Positions 1 through 13,512 of a stretch of DNA of 64,000 bases are shown piece by piece. Origin of the DNA: Blasia pusilla (taxonomy: Eukaryota); NCBI GenBank assembly GCA_050084515.1, contig CM114271.1, forward strand, positions 12,214,001-12,278,000, given 5' to 3'. Both the position numbers and the translations under genes were made by a program. The notes under the pieces were generated by a model. The model searched no databases, was not told the DNA's origin, and saw only the letters and a list, made by a program, of their open reading frames with translations. The first letter of the stretch is position 1. Each line of letters starts with the position of its first letter.

Positions 1-935
1 CCAAGTTTCTTTTCTCTATTCTCTCTAGTAGAGTTGAAATCACGCTCAGGTAGATCTTCACTCAACATCGAAGAACCTCACAGAGATCTCAATAAGAAGT
101 TGGCTTCTCCTACTTTCGGAACTCAATCCGTCTAGGCAGGCTACTCTCTGTTGAATAGATTTCTTTCAACTCCGTGTTGATTATTTTATTGATGAAAAGG
201 TTCTCCTGATTCACTCTTCACTCTCCAAACCCAATGAGAATACTTAGACATATGCATCGCACATCAGAATGAAGAAATGAGTGCTTTACTACTCCATCAA
301 GAATGAGAAATCTTCAAAAGTGTGTACAAACTCGAGAGGGTACTACTCTCTTGCTCAAACCATTCCTACAGCATAAGGACTTTGTGAGAGAATGATGATG
401 ATAGCTACTTTCATGCTTCTTAAATATTCTCCGAAGTAGGAGTGGTTCTAAGGATTTGAAGCGGTCTTGAGGAATCTGGTGTCTCTTCATCAATTGTAAC
501 TACCTAGATCTATGGTGCTCTATTCTTTTCCTATGATCCCTGTGAATCCGCTGAGCATAACTCTATTAACTTCCTATCTGATACCAAAAGTTATGCCTTT
601 TCCTAGTCTAACTGCTGTATCAGAATGCCGCTTGAAATCACTTCGAGTCTTAGCTTCGCTTCGCTGCAAAGTCTGGACCTCTTTTGCTTCACTTGAGGAC
701 AAAGCTCTTTCTCCTAATCTGAAGACAAAGCACTTCATGCTTTGTTCAAGAGCGAAGCACTTCATGAACAAGTTTTGAATAGGGCTTCGTTGATTTTTCC
801 AAGCTTCACTCTGAGTCTTTAGACTTCGTTGCTGCATTTCTCTCTCCTCTAAGGCAAATCCTTGATCTTCCACCTCTTTGCCTTGTCCTAGGAGCTTTGT
901 GATCCATTTCAATATTACTCATTCTTCTACTACAC
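1..935 (-). mobile_element. LTR-like fragment, distantly related to the solo LTR at 46136-61243
   Basis: Segment ~259-311 (cacatcagaatgaagaaatgagtgctttactactccatcaagaatgagaaa) resembles the reverse complement of ~47040-47095. Overall layout is similar. Boundaries approximate. Confidence 0.35.
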
Positions 936-1035
936 AACCATAATATCCAAAATCATTATGTATACACAAGTTTTCTTCGAATAAAAAGCTCTAAATCTTC
1001 AAAAGTACAAAATTGCGGGTATCACAAGCCTATTT

Positions 1036-2600
1036 TTGGTTATCGTCGTAGACACTTTCCCAATGATCATGTGTGGAGAGGACAAGCCTATGGTTCCCAC
1101 TTCAATGGAAGGGGTGCGTCTAGGGATGCACCTCCAAGGATTAGAGCAGACGAGATTCTTAGATGGGCATAGGAAAAAAGAATATATGATGAGGATGGAG
1201 GTCAAGAGGATGGTCCAAGTGATCCCTACAAAAGGACTGGGGTGAAGAGAAGGTCTCTATTGTAGGATTTGCCATATTTGAGAGTATCCGCACCAATGTG
1301 ATTTTATTTTACTCATGCTTGTGATATCTTTTGCATCAAGTATTTTATTTATTTATGATGAACATAGATTTCCTTGACTTGATGGTAGCATCTTTTGATA
1401 CGACATACCCTAGATTTTATGCATGTGGAGAAAAATATTGTAGAGAATCTGGTCAAGACCTTTATAGGGATGAAGGATACTGTGAAGGTTAGAAGAGATA
1501 TGGAAGCTCGTGGAATAAGACCTCACTTGTGGTTACAACCCCATCCAAGTAGACCTCAAGGCCTAGTGAAACCTCAATGTGATTATGTTTTATCACCTTA
1601 AGAGTTGGCCATGTTCTTATTTAGGATTCAGTCCTTGAAAGTGCCCACAAGATATAGTGGTGAGCTAAGAAAGCATGTGGTTAAAAAGAATCTAGGTAAC
1701 ATGAAGTCACATGATTATCATGTGCTAATTCACCAAACCCTTCCTTTTGCCCTTCGTGGCCTAATGAAAGCTCGTGTTTGTTCAACCATTATGCGCTTGA
1801 GTAAAATTTTCAGGTTACTATGTTGTAAAGTGTATGATGCTACATATTCCAAACAACTACACAAGGAAATAGCGATAACCTTATGTCTCTTGGAGATGCA
1901 TTTCCCACCTTCCTTTTTTTATGTGATGACAAATATTTTGATCCATGTGATTGAAGAATTGGACATATGTGGGCCTTTAGCTTGTCGATGGATGTATCCC
2001 ATGGAGAGATATATGGGTGTTTTGAAGAAATATGTGAGATCAAAAGCTCGGCCCAAGGGTTGCATGGCTGAGGGGTATATTAAAGACGAGGCTTTGGGAT
2101 TTGTGACTGAGTATATGAGGAGATTCAAGGGCGTGAGGACCCGACTTTGGGATGAGGGTGAAGAAGAAGGAGTGGCGGGCAAGGAGCTGGAAGGTGCAGG
2201 AGTGCAAGTACGACTTTCAAGAGATCTGATGATCTTGGAACACCATTATGTTTTACACAATACCGAGTCTATGGTTACATAGCACAGGTATTATTTAATT
2301 ACCTATGTTCTCAATTTGTAGAGTGGGTTTCTAGCATCACTAAATCTTGTCTATTTCAGAAAAGCTAACAGATCACCTCGTCCACTAGCCCCATAATGTT
2401 CTTTCTGCTAAGAAATATGATCTGAGAGGGCATCAATTCCTTTCAAAGAGTAGATCCAACCAGCTATCCTCCAAGATGCTAGGGAAAATAATGGGAAGGT
2501 GGATGAAGAGGTATTAGCCTTATCAATTCCTCCTAAATCAAAAGTACTCTCTTACAAGTCTAAGAAGGCTTATGGCAACCACTTTAGGATAGAGGGAGAA
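1036..2600 (+). pseudogene. CACTA/En-Spm transposase (Tnp2/TnpD-like), C-terminal part, degenerate
   Basis: ORFs 1395-1601 and 1605-2282 contain HTLDFMHVEKNI, MKSHDYHVL, FPPSFF, HVIEELDICGP, RWMYPMERYM and EGYIKDEAL. YKSKKAYGNHFRIE follows near 2553-2595. Stops interrupt the frame. Confidence 0.9.
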
Positions 2601-2759
2601 TTTGGGAGAACTAAATTGAGTATTAAATTCTAGTGGTTTTAGATTGAAATCCTTCTAGTGTGTTAACATTCCTATGATAGTGAAAAGTGATGAATTACAT
2701 CTGAATACAGAGTCTAAAGAGTACAAAAAAAATCAGAAAGCACTAAAAGTGAGTCCTTA

Positions 2760-4121
2760 TTGCTTGGAGATCATAGTACTAGCTTGAGTGTCTATAAAAA
2801 TAGAGTAGAAAACCTTCGACTATTGAGTACATCCATGGAGAGAGCAAATCTCAGCGATTATGTTGTGGCTTATGATTTGAGTACAGAGGGGCAAGCAAGA
2901 TCTAGGGGTATTCAAAAAGAGGCAACCTATATGTCTCCACAAAGACAGCCATCACCTCCATGCATAGCGAGGGAGGCTGAAAATGACAGTAATGACCACT
3001 TTAGTGATAAAAAACATTCCACCAGCGACGATGAGTTTGAGTACACTCCATCTTCTGCTGGAGTTGAGAGCCTTGTCCTTGTGGATAAGGACCTTGATGC
3101 TGATTTCCCACTTGACCAGGAATGTGCGAGGAAGATAAGGGAAAACAAAAAAAGGCAAACATTCTTACTTAGTGATATTCTTGCAGAGTAAGGAGTTCTC
3201 CCATTTGCATAATGTACATTCTCTTAATTGAATTTCTTTCACAATGTTTTTTCTTCCGTGTACTTCACGTGTATATAAAAAATAGAAAAAAGATTTAATT
3301 ACTTGTAGATGGTTAATGGTGAAATCCTTGTAAGGAAAGGTAGGCTCAAACCGGCAAAGCAACTATGAAAGCCTTCCCTTCTAGAGTAGTAGTGGCAGAG
3401 GGTGTTGAAGTGTGACGAAGTTCAAGGTTGAGATCAAAGGAGAGCTTACCTAATATGATTGAAAGCACAAAGGATAATATTGTGAGAGATCCTGATTATA
3501 TCCCACTTGAACATATGGATTTCCAATCTGATGATGATGAGGGCACGCCATATCGTTCTATTGAGAACCAAGACTTTGGACCGACAACCCATCCCGAATA
3601 GGTTGAGAGGGTAACTACTTTAAATCTGCCACTTCCTTTTTCATGATTGAATATAGGATTCCTCTAATCATGGTGATGAATAGAATGTCCATGAGTCGTA
3701 CAAAGAACTGGCACTTATTGCGTTTGGACATGCTTCAGGTTCTGGAGGACGAGAATCCTTCGATTCTCAAGAAAATTCTAAACCCCTAGAGCCCTGTTCA
3801 CATGTGAGGCTGCAAATGGGTTGGCAGTATCCTATATGTCCTAATCCCACATGGTCAGAAAATGGGAGTCGTTGGAATAGCTAGATGGGAGTGGGGTGGT
3901 ATCCGTATGATTATCATCCATCAATGATGAATCTTTTACAAGCTGGATCTTATAGTATGCCACAACCCCCTTCCTCAGCCCCACCTCCACCACCATGGGG
4001 TCAACAAACTCCTCCAACAAGATTGACTATTCAACAACAACGGGTCGGTGGCATAAATTGGTCACAACCCCCAATGGGAGAACACCAATGGGCTCCTACT
4101 TTACAAAAATGGATTCTTTGA
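2760..4121 (+). pseudogene. Degenerate acidic and Pro/Gln-rich ORF fragments, possibly the second gene of the CACTA remnant
   Basis: Directly downstream of Tnp2 on the same strand, with low-complexity composition like the 35054-35813 region of the second CACTA. No diagnostic motif. Confidence 0.3.
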
Positions 4122-4442
4122 AAATGACATTCGTAAAATAGTCTTTGGAAAAGAAGTTTTGCTACGACTATCTACTAGTATGTTTCGCTTAAGTCACAAA
4201 TTACTCTTCTAGTCTAGGTCGAAGGTTGGGTCCGGTGGATTAAAACGTTGGTGGTAATTTGGCTCAAGAGTTCAAAGTCGAGTGGATCGGCGATGATTTC
4301 CTACAAAAATTATTTCATCATCGGAGGAGATATGTGAACTATCCATGCCATGATTGATGGGTTGAGAGTTTGGAACAATAGGTATGAGAACATCATTATC
4401 ATTAGGCTCATCAATTACGTCCACTCTTTGAGCGTTCAAAGA

Positions 4443-6952
4443 TTATGGAGGAGAATCTTGCATAGGTTCACAAGACTCGGTGGAATAATTTTGAATTCCT
4501 ACTTGTGCGATAATTTGAGGGTCGTAGGTTGTGTTAGCTGAAGTGTTGGGTAAATTCACTTCTCTTGAAGTCTTCCGTTGTTGCTCTTTGGCATGCTCTC
4601 GAATCCAATGTTCCATTATATCATCATCTTCGTCTCTTCGAGGCACCTCGGAGTCAACATTGAGTGTTGCCAATATGACTATCTTGACTTCCTTTGATGC
4701 CAACTGTCCTATAATTTCCAGATAGCACATCCACATCCTCTAGGTCCTCATCTTGCAAGTCGAGGTTATCTTCATGATTACCATCATGGTTTTGTGCATG
4801 TAAGGTAGACTCACTACCATCTTGTACAACCCTTCTAGCTTATTTTTGTCCATTCCTTTCAAAAAAGTATTGCTCCTACATGAGTCCTTATCTTGATTTT
4901 TGAGAAACACCCTTGTCTCCAAACCTTGAGTTTGTGTAGATATACACCAAATCCTTGGCACGCTCATTGGTCCATTTTTTCCTATGCTTGTTGTGGATAA
5001 AACCGTAACTACTCCAATTTCTCTATGCTGAAGAGGAAGAAACCACTTGTGCTAATACAGACTTAGCCCCATAGCGCAATGTTGGTGTATCTTGATCGTG
5101 CATGCTCTACCATTCAGAGGGACTTAGTGAATCTACGACTTCCTTACTAAACTCATCCACAAATACTTCCTGATGGTTCACAATGTTTCCCAGCTCTTGC
5201 AAACAAGTACTTATAAAATAAATTACCTCCGTGACGTTAAGGCCATACATCCCCTTTGCATTGAGTTTTAGATATTGTTTGCAATCTCTCATGCACTCAA
5301 CATTTGAAGTGATGTCTTGCACACTATCAAGAAGATTGTAAGGGCGAGAATGTGCCCTATTGCATGTAACTTGTTGTGGATAAGTGCCCATCGCCTAGAA
5401 ATAACATTAACCATTTCCGTAGCTCTGGATATTGTCACAAAAAAACCGTGATGCCTTCCACCCGCGCCTGGCCATGGGGTTATTGGAAAAGAACGGGTCT
5501 CCTCCATTATCTCAAATATACGACGATAAATATGCCCCTTCATTGCTTTATGACAATCACACTCTCTCACAAGAATAATAGTTGACAAAGCCGCATCAAA
5601 AAATTCCTCACCTTGTATCCAAAAATCATGATTGGCCATAATAGTCTCAATTTCTCGTGCCTTCTCCCTTTGCCTTGCATCCCTCCCTTTGAAATACTCC
5701 CTAAAAGTATTTGTGGCAACGATGGCATGGAACGCCTCCCTCGATTCTAAGACACGTCCCAACAAGATAAAGTTTGTAGTAAAGTGTGTGTTTGTAGGAA
5801 GCAACAATCGTCTCTTCACTGGATGGTTTCCATGAATTTGGCCATTACCCAAGTTCTAGTCTTCACAAAGACTACCATCTCATGAGCTTGTGCAAAAATC
5901 CTGTCCATCCAAGGCCATTTTCCCCATTCTTCGCATACTAGATCAAGAGAATGTGATACGCATCCACCCCAAAGAATATGAGGAAACTTTGCTTCATTTT
6001 TTTTCCGTGTTGCTCGCTCATTGCTAGCATTGTCCTTCACAAGCTGCAACACATTATTTGGATTGATGCGGATGATAGTCCTCTCTATGTGACCTGCCAA
6101 CCATTTTGCCGTCTGGAATTCCCCCTTGGTGTCTACCAACTCAATCATGACCTCACCTTGTGGACACGAGACCATGATGTTCACTAAAGACTCACTCCTT
6201 ATATTGGTCCAAGAATCTGTGATGATCATGGCCCCAAACGCAAGTTATCCAATATGATATCCACCTTTTCCTTCACCTTCCCCATATGTTTCTCAAGTAG
6301 GATAGTGCGCAACGAATGTAACTAGGACCTGAGTAATCCTTCACCTTTGATGTTGCCAAAATTTCTTCTTTGAAGCATCTTGCCATACTACATTGAAAGG
6401 TATTCTACATTTGTAGAAACACTTTGCCCACATGTCATTTGCAACTTCTATTCCTTGCATGTTGAAAGAATCCCTCACATCGGCTTGCTTCTTCCTAGAA
6501 ATACTACTTCCTCCCATCGGCCCAACAACTCCTCTAGTTGCATTCCTTGAGAGTGTCACATGGTGGCATGTCCGTGACCCCATCAACACTTGACACAATA
6601 TGAACACTATTTCTGTGTGTTGAGAACTTATTTGTAATGGCGTCATCTTCTCATCTTCACACGAGGGTCTCGCTTTCCTCCTTTGTCCATTTCCCATCAG
6701 TACCCTGTTTCGGAGATCGTGTTGCACACTAGGAGGGACCTTCACACATGATTTGGCATGATGGGTATCATGATTCCCATCCTTTTTCTTTTGTCTCTCT
6801 TGTGTAAAATGCTCCACCATCCGAGTGCTATGATAGGTTTTCACAGAATAGGAACAATACGTACACTGCCATCGGCTTGATGTTCCACCTTCACGATCTC
6901 TTGGAGCTCTTTGGCTTTGGTCATGACTACTGACACAGGCAGACACTAACAC
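4443..6952 (-). pseudogene. hAT-superfamily transposase (BED zinc finger, DUF659-like core, dimerization region), degenerate
   Basis: WQCTYC...MVEHF...SC (BED finger, 6341-6952). IITDSWTNIRSESLVNIMV, DNASN, CVSHSLDL (5816-6229). THFTTNF and HAIGHIL (5289-5852). SSS.*RNWS-like dimerization motif near 5010-5040. Confidence 0.85.
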
Positions 6953-7439
6953 CCACCCAAAAATATTTGGATAATTTGCAACAATGTTACAATGTCAATA
7001 ATAATAAATATATCAACCGGTAAACTGTTTGCAGATTCACCAAATATGTTCGTGAATGCTCCAATGACAACTTGGAACACTCACTATGAGTAATACAAAT
7101 CAATATGCTAACCAAGATAACCGAGATATCTTCAATTATCATGGTCATCCACTGGCGAAACATATTCTCACTTATCAAGTTCAACTATCTATGGAGAAAA
7201 AAACTTCCACAAAAGAGAGTCACACACGAAGGGAGGAATGAGATTGTGAGGGTATAGAAGAAATGAGCAAGTTTATATAGGGAAGATGAAAGGAAGGAAA
7301 TGAACCCTTCAAACTCCCCATATCATCTACCCCCACTTAAAATTTATTACTAAGCCATCTCCATTAATCACCATTTAGAGCCGTCAAACATCTCCCCCCT
7401 ACACAAATTGCATTTAACACCCATTTGAACCGCGCCATT

Positions 7440-7940
7440 CATCCTTTCAAACCGCCAATAGCCTACCTTTTCCGCCCCTTGCGCGACTAGCCGGCGCAGA
7501 GCCCACCTGGCCCGCCCTTAGCCCGGGCCCAGCCTGCCTGACCTTGCATAGCCCGCGTGTGGCCTGTCCCTCCCTGCCTGGCTCGCGCTGAGCTCGCCCC
7601 TTGTCCGTCCGTGCTTGGCCCAGCCCGTGCTCGGCCCTTGCCCAGCCCGCCTCCTGCTCGCTTGGCGTCCCTCCTACGCGCCTGGCCCACACCAAGCCCA
7701 CAAGCATGCCTTTAGCCAGCCCCCTAGCCCGCAAGCATGCCTTTAGCCATCCCCCTTAGCCCGTTGTGAGCCCACGCCCATGCCCGCGCCCCCTAGTCTG
7801 CCTTTGGCCCTTAGCCCACTGTGAGTCCGCGCCCTTAGCCCTTAGTCCTTAGCCCGCGCAGGTGCCCACTTGCAGCTTGCTTGTAGCCCGCTTGCAGCCT
7901 ACATGCAACCTGCAAGCCTGCCCTCAGCGTGCGCAATAGC
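7440..7940. repeat. GC-rich low-complexity tract with recurring cttagccc / gcccg motifs
   Basis: Several cttagccc copies and a duplicated caagcatgcctttagcca at ~7700-7860. Lies upstream of the hAT ORF. Confidence 0.5.
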
Positions 7941-9228
7941 CCGCACCTGTTCTTGTGGGTGGAGCCCGCACGATCGACCCGGGTGCCAAAAAAATCCAGG
8001 CTTGCGACCGGTTTGCATGTCTATGGTCATGTCTGGACATGTCCGTTTCCGTGCAACCTTGAGGGTGGGTATCGTGAGCCGATGAGCCAATGGTCTGTAT
8101 TGACCTATGTTTCCCAACAGGGACCATGGTTGGCTTGTTGGACATGTGGTGGGTCACATAGGGAGAGGGATTTCCCACAACAAGGGAGAGGGCCAAGGGC
8201 GCCTTCGATTGCTCAAGAGCCACAGTGGATGGCCCCACCACAATTGTAGTGTGATCATTGTCATCGATATGGTCACACTAGGGACACGTGTTATGATCTA
8301 TTCCGGGAGGTGCGCCACAGGTAGGTAGAGGACTTGGGGGTGAGAGAGTTGGTAGAGATCAAGAAGTGGATGATCGTGGTGGTAGAGTGCCATGACCAAT
8401 CACACGAGATGGAGCACGAGCACCTTATGGAGCGCTCCTTACAAGCATCGATCAATTGGAGCAGAGGATTGTTGCCATGACAATGATGGAGCCAGTGATA
8501 GGCATAGAGCCGAGAGTAGCTAGTGTGGCTCCAACCTCTATTTTGTATCAGGATACGGGGGAGGACAACACCGGGTTGAGATTTTTGTGTAGTGCGGCTC
8601 AAGTTGAGGCTGCTGCAGTGCTGACTCGGGGTGGTGCGAGAGTAACCAAGCCATTGAGAGGTGGGGTTGAGATTGATCCACATGAGGGGACTGATGGGCG
8701 ATAGGCAAGGGTTCCCAATCATTCATGTTGTCACAAGAACTTCATACACCGTCGATGGTGCCTTGACAACGGGTAGTACCCACGGGTGAGGCAGGTGCAT
8801 CAACGTTACGAGGAGTTGGAAAGACGACTCTTGTGCCGGCTTGGGAGGAGCTAATTTTGACCATGTTGTTGGAGGTGGCCACTAGGATGAGCGAGGCTCC
8901 AATTAAAAAACCCCAAAAATGAAATTTTTTCCTTAACCATAAAAAAAACCAAAAAAAGTTGCAACCCGTCGGATTTCTGACTGGTTGAAAACGTTAAAAA
9001 AATTCTCAATTTTGTTTTTCACCACCGAATTTTTTTGGAAAAAATTTGCCTGTTCAACTTGTCAAAACTTTCCTCTCTGCGACCCGTCTGAAACTCTCTT
9101 CAACCTGTCAGAAACTCTCTTCAAACCAAAAGAGCCCTAGGGGTTGCCAATATCTTTCTCTCTCCTCTCTCCTCTCTCCTCTCTTCCTCTCTTCCTCTCC
9201 TCTTACTGCTCCTCAAAGTTGTGCCTAT

Positions 9229-10175
9229 GTTTGCAGCAGGGTACAAGAGTGTTAGATCTCTTCGGAGGGATCAACACCCTGCGAGTTGCTGCAATGTGGC
9301 AGTATTGCGGGGATGACGACACCGATGGTCCTAGATGTGTATAGGATAGTATATCTTGTTGCGTACATATGTGTGTGCTATCTGGAGCTGGGGGGACCCA
9401 ATTGCTAGCCGGTGGGGCAGTTGTGGGATCCTAGTGTATATGCGTGAGTATGTTTCATTTATATGTGGATCTACCCGTGTGTTGGGGAAGATCGGTATTG
9501 TGTGGTATGTAGATGTGAGCAGCGATGTGGGTTGTGTAGCGATGTGTATGCGCACGAAAACTATCACATGCATCTTACTTCGATGTAGGTAGAGTTCTAT
9601 CACGTTGACGGCATAGAGAGTCAACGGGCTGTTTGGGTGTAACTTCGTCCCGAAATGTCGGATGAGGTTGGCAAGAGGTCTGTTGTGTCAAGAACGTCCT
9701 TTATGGCAATTTCTCTAGTATGGTTTTAGTCCATCAGATGACTCATTGAACGAGTCAATGATTACTCGATAATCTGTGCACGCAGGTTATCGTTGGTAGG
9801 GCTATTTTTGGCTCTTTCCAAGGGTATAAGAGTGAGGAAGATGGCTTTCCCAAGCCATCTTTCTCATGTTGAGCCTTGGGAGCGCTTCTCTTGCATAGAC
9901 GTGTGTGGGTATGTAGGAGTTAGGATGCCTGTCCAGATTCCCTCATAGTAGAGGGTGGATGTGGTTTGATATGCCGATGTAGATTCATGAGTGGAGTTTT
10001 AGGCGGGCTTAGCCATTTTATCTACTCTTGATTTTGTTGTGGGATCCGAGTGTATGTGCATGACTATGTTTCATTTATGTGTGGATCTACCTCTATGTTG
10101 GGAAAGATCGGTGTTGTGTGGTATGTAGATGTGACCAGTGATGTGGGTTGTGTAGCGATGTGTATGCGCACGACA
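9229..10175 (+). mobile_element. Heavily deleted derivative of a sister DNMT/PHD Ty3-like family, retaining the B1-A2-B2 3' terminus
   Basis: QQGTRVLDLFGGINT (MTase motif I) is fused to PHD remnants (LQCGSIAGMTT..PRCV*). 140-bp direct repeats follow at 9420-9559 and 10036-10175, flanking a 474-bp A-like block. Ends in gatgtgtatgcgcacgaCA, as copy 1 does. Confidence 0.8.
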
Positions 10176-10199
10176 TCAAAGATCCAAACGTTAGAGAGC

Positions 10200-12983
10200 A
10201 AGAAGATTGAAAAATGGAAACATCCTCATAATGAGTGCATATAATTAATGCATTTTAGTGAATGTAGTCTATTGCCTCGTTCTCAATAATGAAACAAGAA
10301 GATGACCATCATGCATATTCTCATTTACTAGGTTGAATACACCAAATGCTCATGAGGAATCGATGGTGATTAGGGTTACTCTAGTGATGAATATGTGTTA
10401 CTAATTCATAAGAACAAGCATATTCTAGAAAACACGATGAACTTGTATGAGATCCATGGCAATAGGTTGAAGATTTATGGTTGCATATAGGTGGAAGTTG
10501 GCAAATGTCATATGCCTACTACTCTTGAACTTTAATCTCAGATGTTGCGGAAGCGTACGTTGTGTTGGTCACACTCACTCTGCTAATTTGCACTCCAACA
10601 CACTTTCATTAGTCTTCATTTGAGCCAACCATCCTTTGACTTCCGGAGTTCTCAACTTGGGCCATGCATCAAGCCCAATAGGTCCTAACTCCTCACTTCC
10701 AAACATGGGCAAGTCTTCCTAAACTTGGGACAGACTTTCTAGATAATGGAGACACCCAAAATGACGCTTGCACGCTTGGCATTCCCAACTGTCCAATGAA
10801 CCTTGCATGAGTCCCTAACCAAGACCGAAGAATTGAGTCACGGATTGGAATCCAAGGATGACCTCCGAAATTCACTCCCTTAGACTAGGCTTGGTATTTA
10901 CATCCTAATGCCGACCTCCCAATCTATTTCATGCCCTTGGCCCTTAATTAAAATTTGATCCATGAAGGTTTCCTCCCGATTTATGGACATTAACACATGA
11001 AACGCTGAACCTTGCTCACATATCACATGTCTTGTCTCCTTCAAGAGACTTCTCTGATGTGTATCCATCTTAATGTGAGCCTAATCGAGAGCCTACTAGA
11101 GTCTTGAGGTTTTGCATTTGGGCACATTTGGTTATGAGGGTTGCAACAATAGAAGTACCCAACAAGCATGACTAGCTTCCCATTAAATATGTTTCCGATA
11201 TTTAAAGGAGAAACCTTATTGATTCTCATTTGCTATAACTTGCAACAACTAAGTTCTTAGCATTGAGCATTCATCAATTACAATGACCTCGCAGACCTTA
11301 AGTTTAACATAAGAATTGGAAGTGGCATGTAGAGATGGTATATCAATGCAAATTAGTATTTCAAATGCTGAATGGACCAAAAAATTTCCTCAAGATGCAA
11401 GCAAATGGCTGCAATCCCATTTATGGCAATTAGCATGGGGTCCATCTTGTTAACCTTCCAAAAGTTATACATGAAGGATGCAAAGAAAGAATTATTGCAT
11501 CTAAGTGCCCTTTTGAGGATAAGTAGATATGTCTTTAAGTCTTTAAATTCCATGAATAACCCTAGCTACTATGAATTGAGCATATTGAAATCAAGGTAAG
11601 AGACTACATTGTCTTGAGGCTGGTCACGTGAAGTTTGAGATGGAAATGGTTCATAAATAAGCGCACTTCTATCCAAATCTAATTCAAGTTGTAGTATAGC
11701 AGTAGTTATGGCTATGATCTCAGCTTCGTGGACTTGGATCCAAAAATTTCTTCGGGCATGAGACATAAGTAAGGCAGGAATATCGTGCATATTGTGTACA
11801 ATCTCTTGCTAAATAGATTCTTTAACTACATCCAACAAGGGGATAGAGATGACACAATAGCTTCTTCTAAGAAAAACGCAATGTGGCTAAGCATCACTAA
11901 ATAGAAAAATCCATTGGTGCAAGGGATGGAATTAAAAAAATCTAACAAGAAGATCTATTTAGATGTAAGATTCCCTAAGTTGTCTAAACCTACAACCTTC
12001 AAGTTCAACTTTCATGGATGAGATTTAAGTAACTTATACTCTAACCAATATTGTGTGAATTTCAAGTCCCCTAATATAGAAGGTCTATTTAGATTGAGTG
12101 TAGTGGCCCAGTGGGGTGAATGTAAGGTAAGGAAGCATTGTTGTAGAGGCAAGTTCTTCTTTTTGGGAGGATTGCAATCCACATAGTGGATTGCTTGGGA
12201 TCTACATATTATAGGAATCTATAATGAGGTCAAAGAATCCTCTATTGAGCATAAAAATCTATTCAAAACAACAATGATATTAGCCTAAGCTTAATATCAT
12301 CTAATCCCCCCAAGCTATGGTACTTTGTTGACTGTATATCAATGTTTAATGACCTAGTTGGTTCATACTTCAAAGAATACTTCAGTAAATAGAAAGACCA
12401 ATCCATATTTGTTGCTGTTTGGATATTCATATGTGCACCCTATAGAAGTTTCACAAGAGGATGGTAAGGATTACAATGCGGTGCTCTATAGCAGACTTGT
12501 AGTGATTCCACTTGATTGTGCAAGGATCTATGAATGGCTGAGTTTCAAGGTTTATGGTAGCAGGAGACCCAAGGTGGCAATAAGGCTTTTTGTAGCCTTT
12601 CCTAATTATGCAAATACCTTCCTTGCACCTATAATATGTTTGTACAAGATTAAATATAGAAGGGTTTGGGACGGGTTTAATGTAGCGTTGGAAGAAGTCA
12701 TAGTTGATCCTTGGCTTGTACTTAATGGAATATAGTGCAAATTTCAGATGTAATACCTTCAACATCAACATCATGTCTGCAGAATATGATATGGGAGTGC
12801 AAGCTACCTCTGCCTTGCAACTTATATCAAACTAAATAATCTTTTCCTTCACCAAGTATGCAACGGCGTGAGAAAATAAAGAATGTAAGATGTGACAAAA
12901 GGGAATAGGAATGGAAATGAGATTGTTTCAATAGCTAAGTGTAGATCAACTGAGGTTCTTGATATGTCTACCAATAAGCTTTC
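10200..12983 (-). pseudogene. Highly decayed Pif1-family helicase / Helitron-like remnant; may continue at ~22676-23400 beyond the retroelement insertion
   Basis: Minus-strand translations give LIAINGIAA (motif Ia-like), EVIVIDECSML (Walker B, ~11258-11290) and FNGKLVMLVGYF (motif III-like) in the correct order. ETISFPFLFPF near 12900 resembles a Helitron Rep-region motif. Many stops; boundaries uncertain. Confidence 0.55.
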
Positions 12984-13512
12984 TTTCACGTCTTTTAGGA
13001 TAGATCGATGAGATCTAGTAGAACGCCTTCGTGAGTAGTAGAGGACATGCTCAATAGGTCGAGGATGACCTACTAAGGCCCCAGGAACCCAAGGGGAAAC
13101 CTGAGAGAGCAGGTTTTCCCTTGGTTTCGGCTCATTTGGAGCCATATTGAGAAATTTACTATTTTAGGTAAGTACCATTTTCAGTATATGATTAAATTTA
13201 TATTTTTGGTAAATGGCCCTTGACCTCCTACATCAGGTCAAGAGCCAAGGAGGTGACTTGGGAGGATAGGTTACCATGGAGGGAGCTTGGGAGAGGGGAG
13301 GGGTATACCTCAAGGAGAGAGAGCTTGAGAGCTCATTCTCTCTTTGTTGAACCTCTTGGCATGAGGCCGTGGAGGTATGGTCTTGCTTGCCTTGTGTGTG
13401 TAACCCAAGCCTCTCATTAGCAGAGTGGGTTTGGTTTGACATTGAGAGAGATATGTGAGAGTGCACACATGTGAGAACTATGGTGTTGTGAGAGAGATTG
13501 GATCTTATTTTA
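12984..13512 (+). repeat. Terminal repeat A1 of copy 1
   Basis: Homologous to 60608-61120 and 47550-48062 (reverse complement). Contains a TATA-like gggtatacc at ~13301. Confidence 0.88.

Noticed and set aside
574-912. 112-aa ORF as a gene
   Set aside because: Lies in LTR-like sequence, has no motif, and is likely spurious.
7447-8726. Cluster of overlapping short ORFs on both strands
   Set aside because: Explained by high GC and low complexity; no recognisable domains.
4200-9140. Complete hAT element with TIRs
   Set aside because: A possible end (gagcccta, ~9138) was seen, but no matching opposite TIR or 8-bp TSD.
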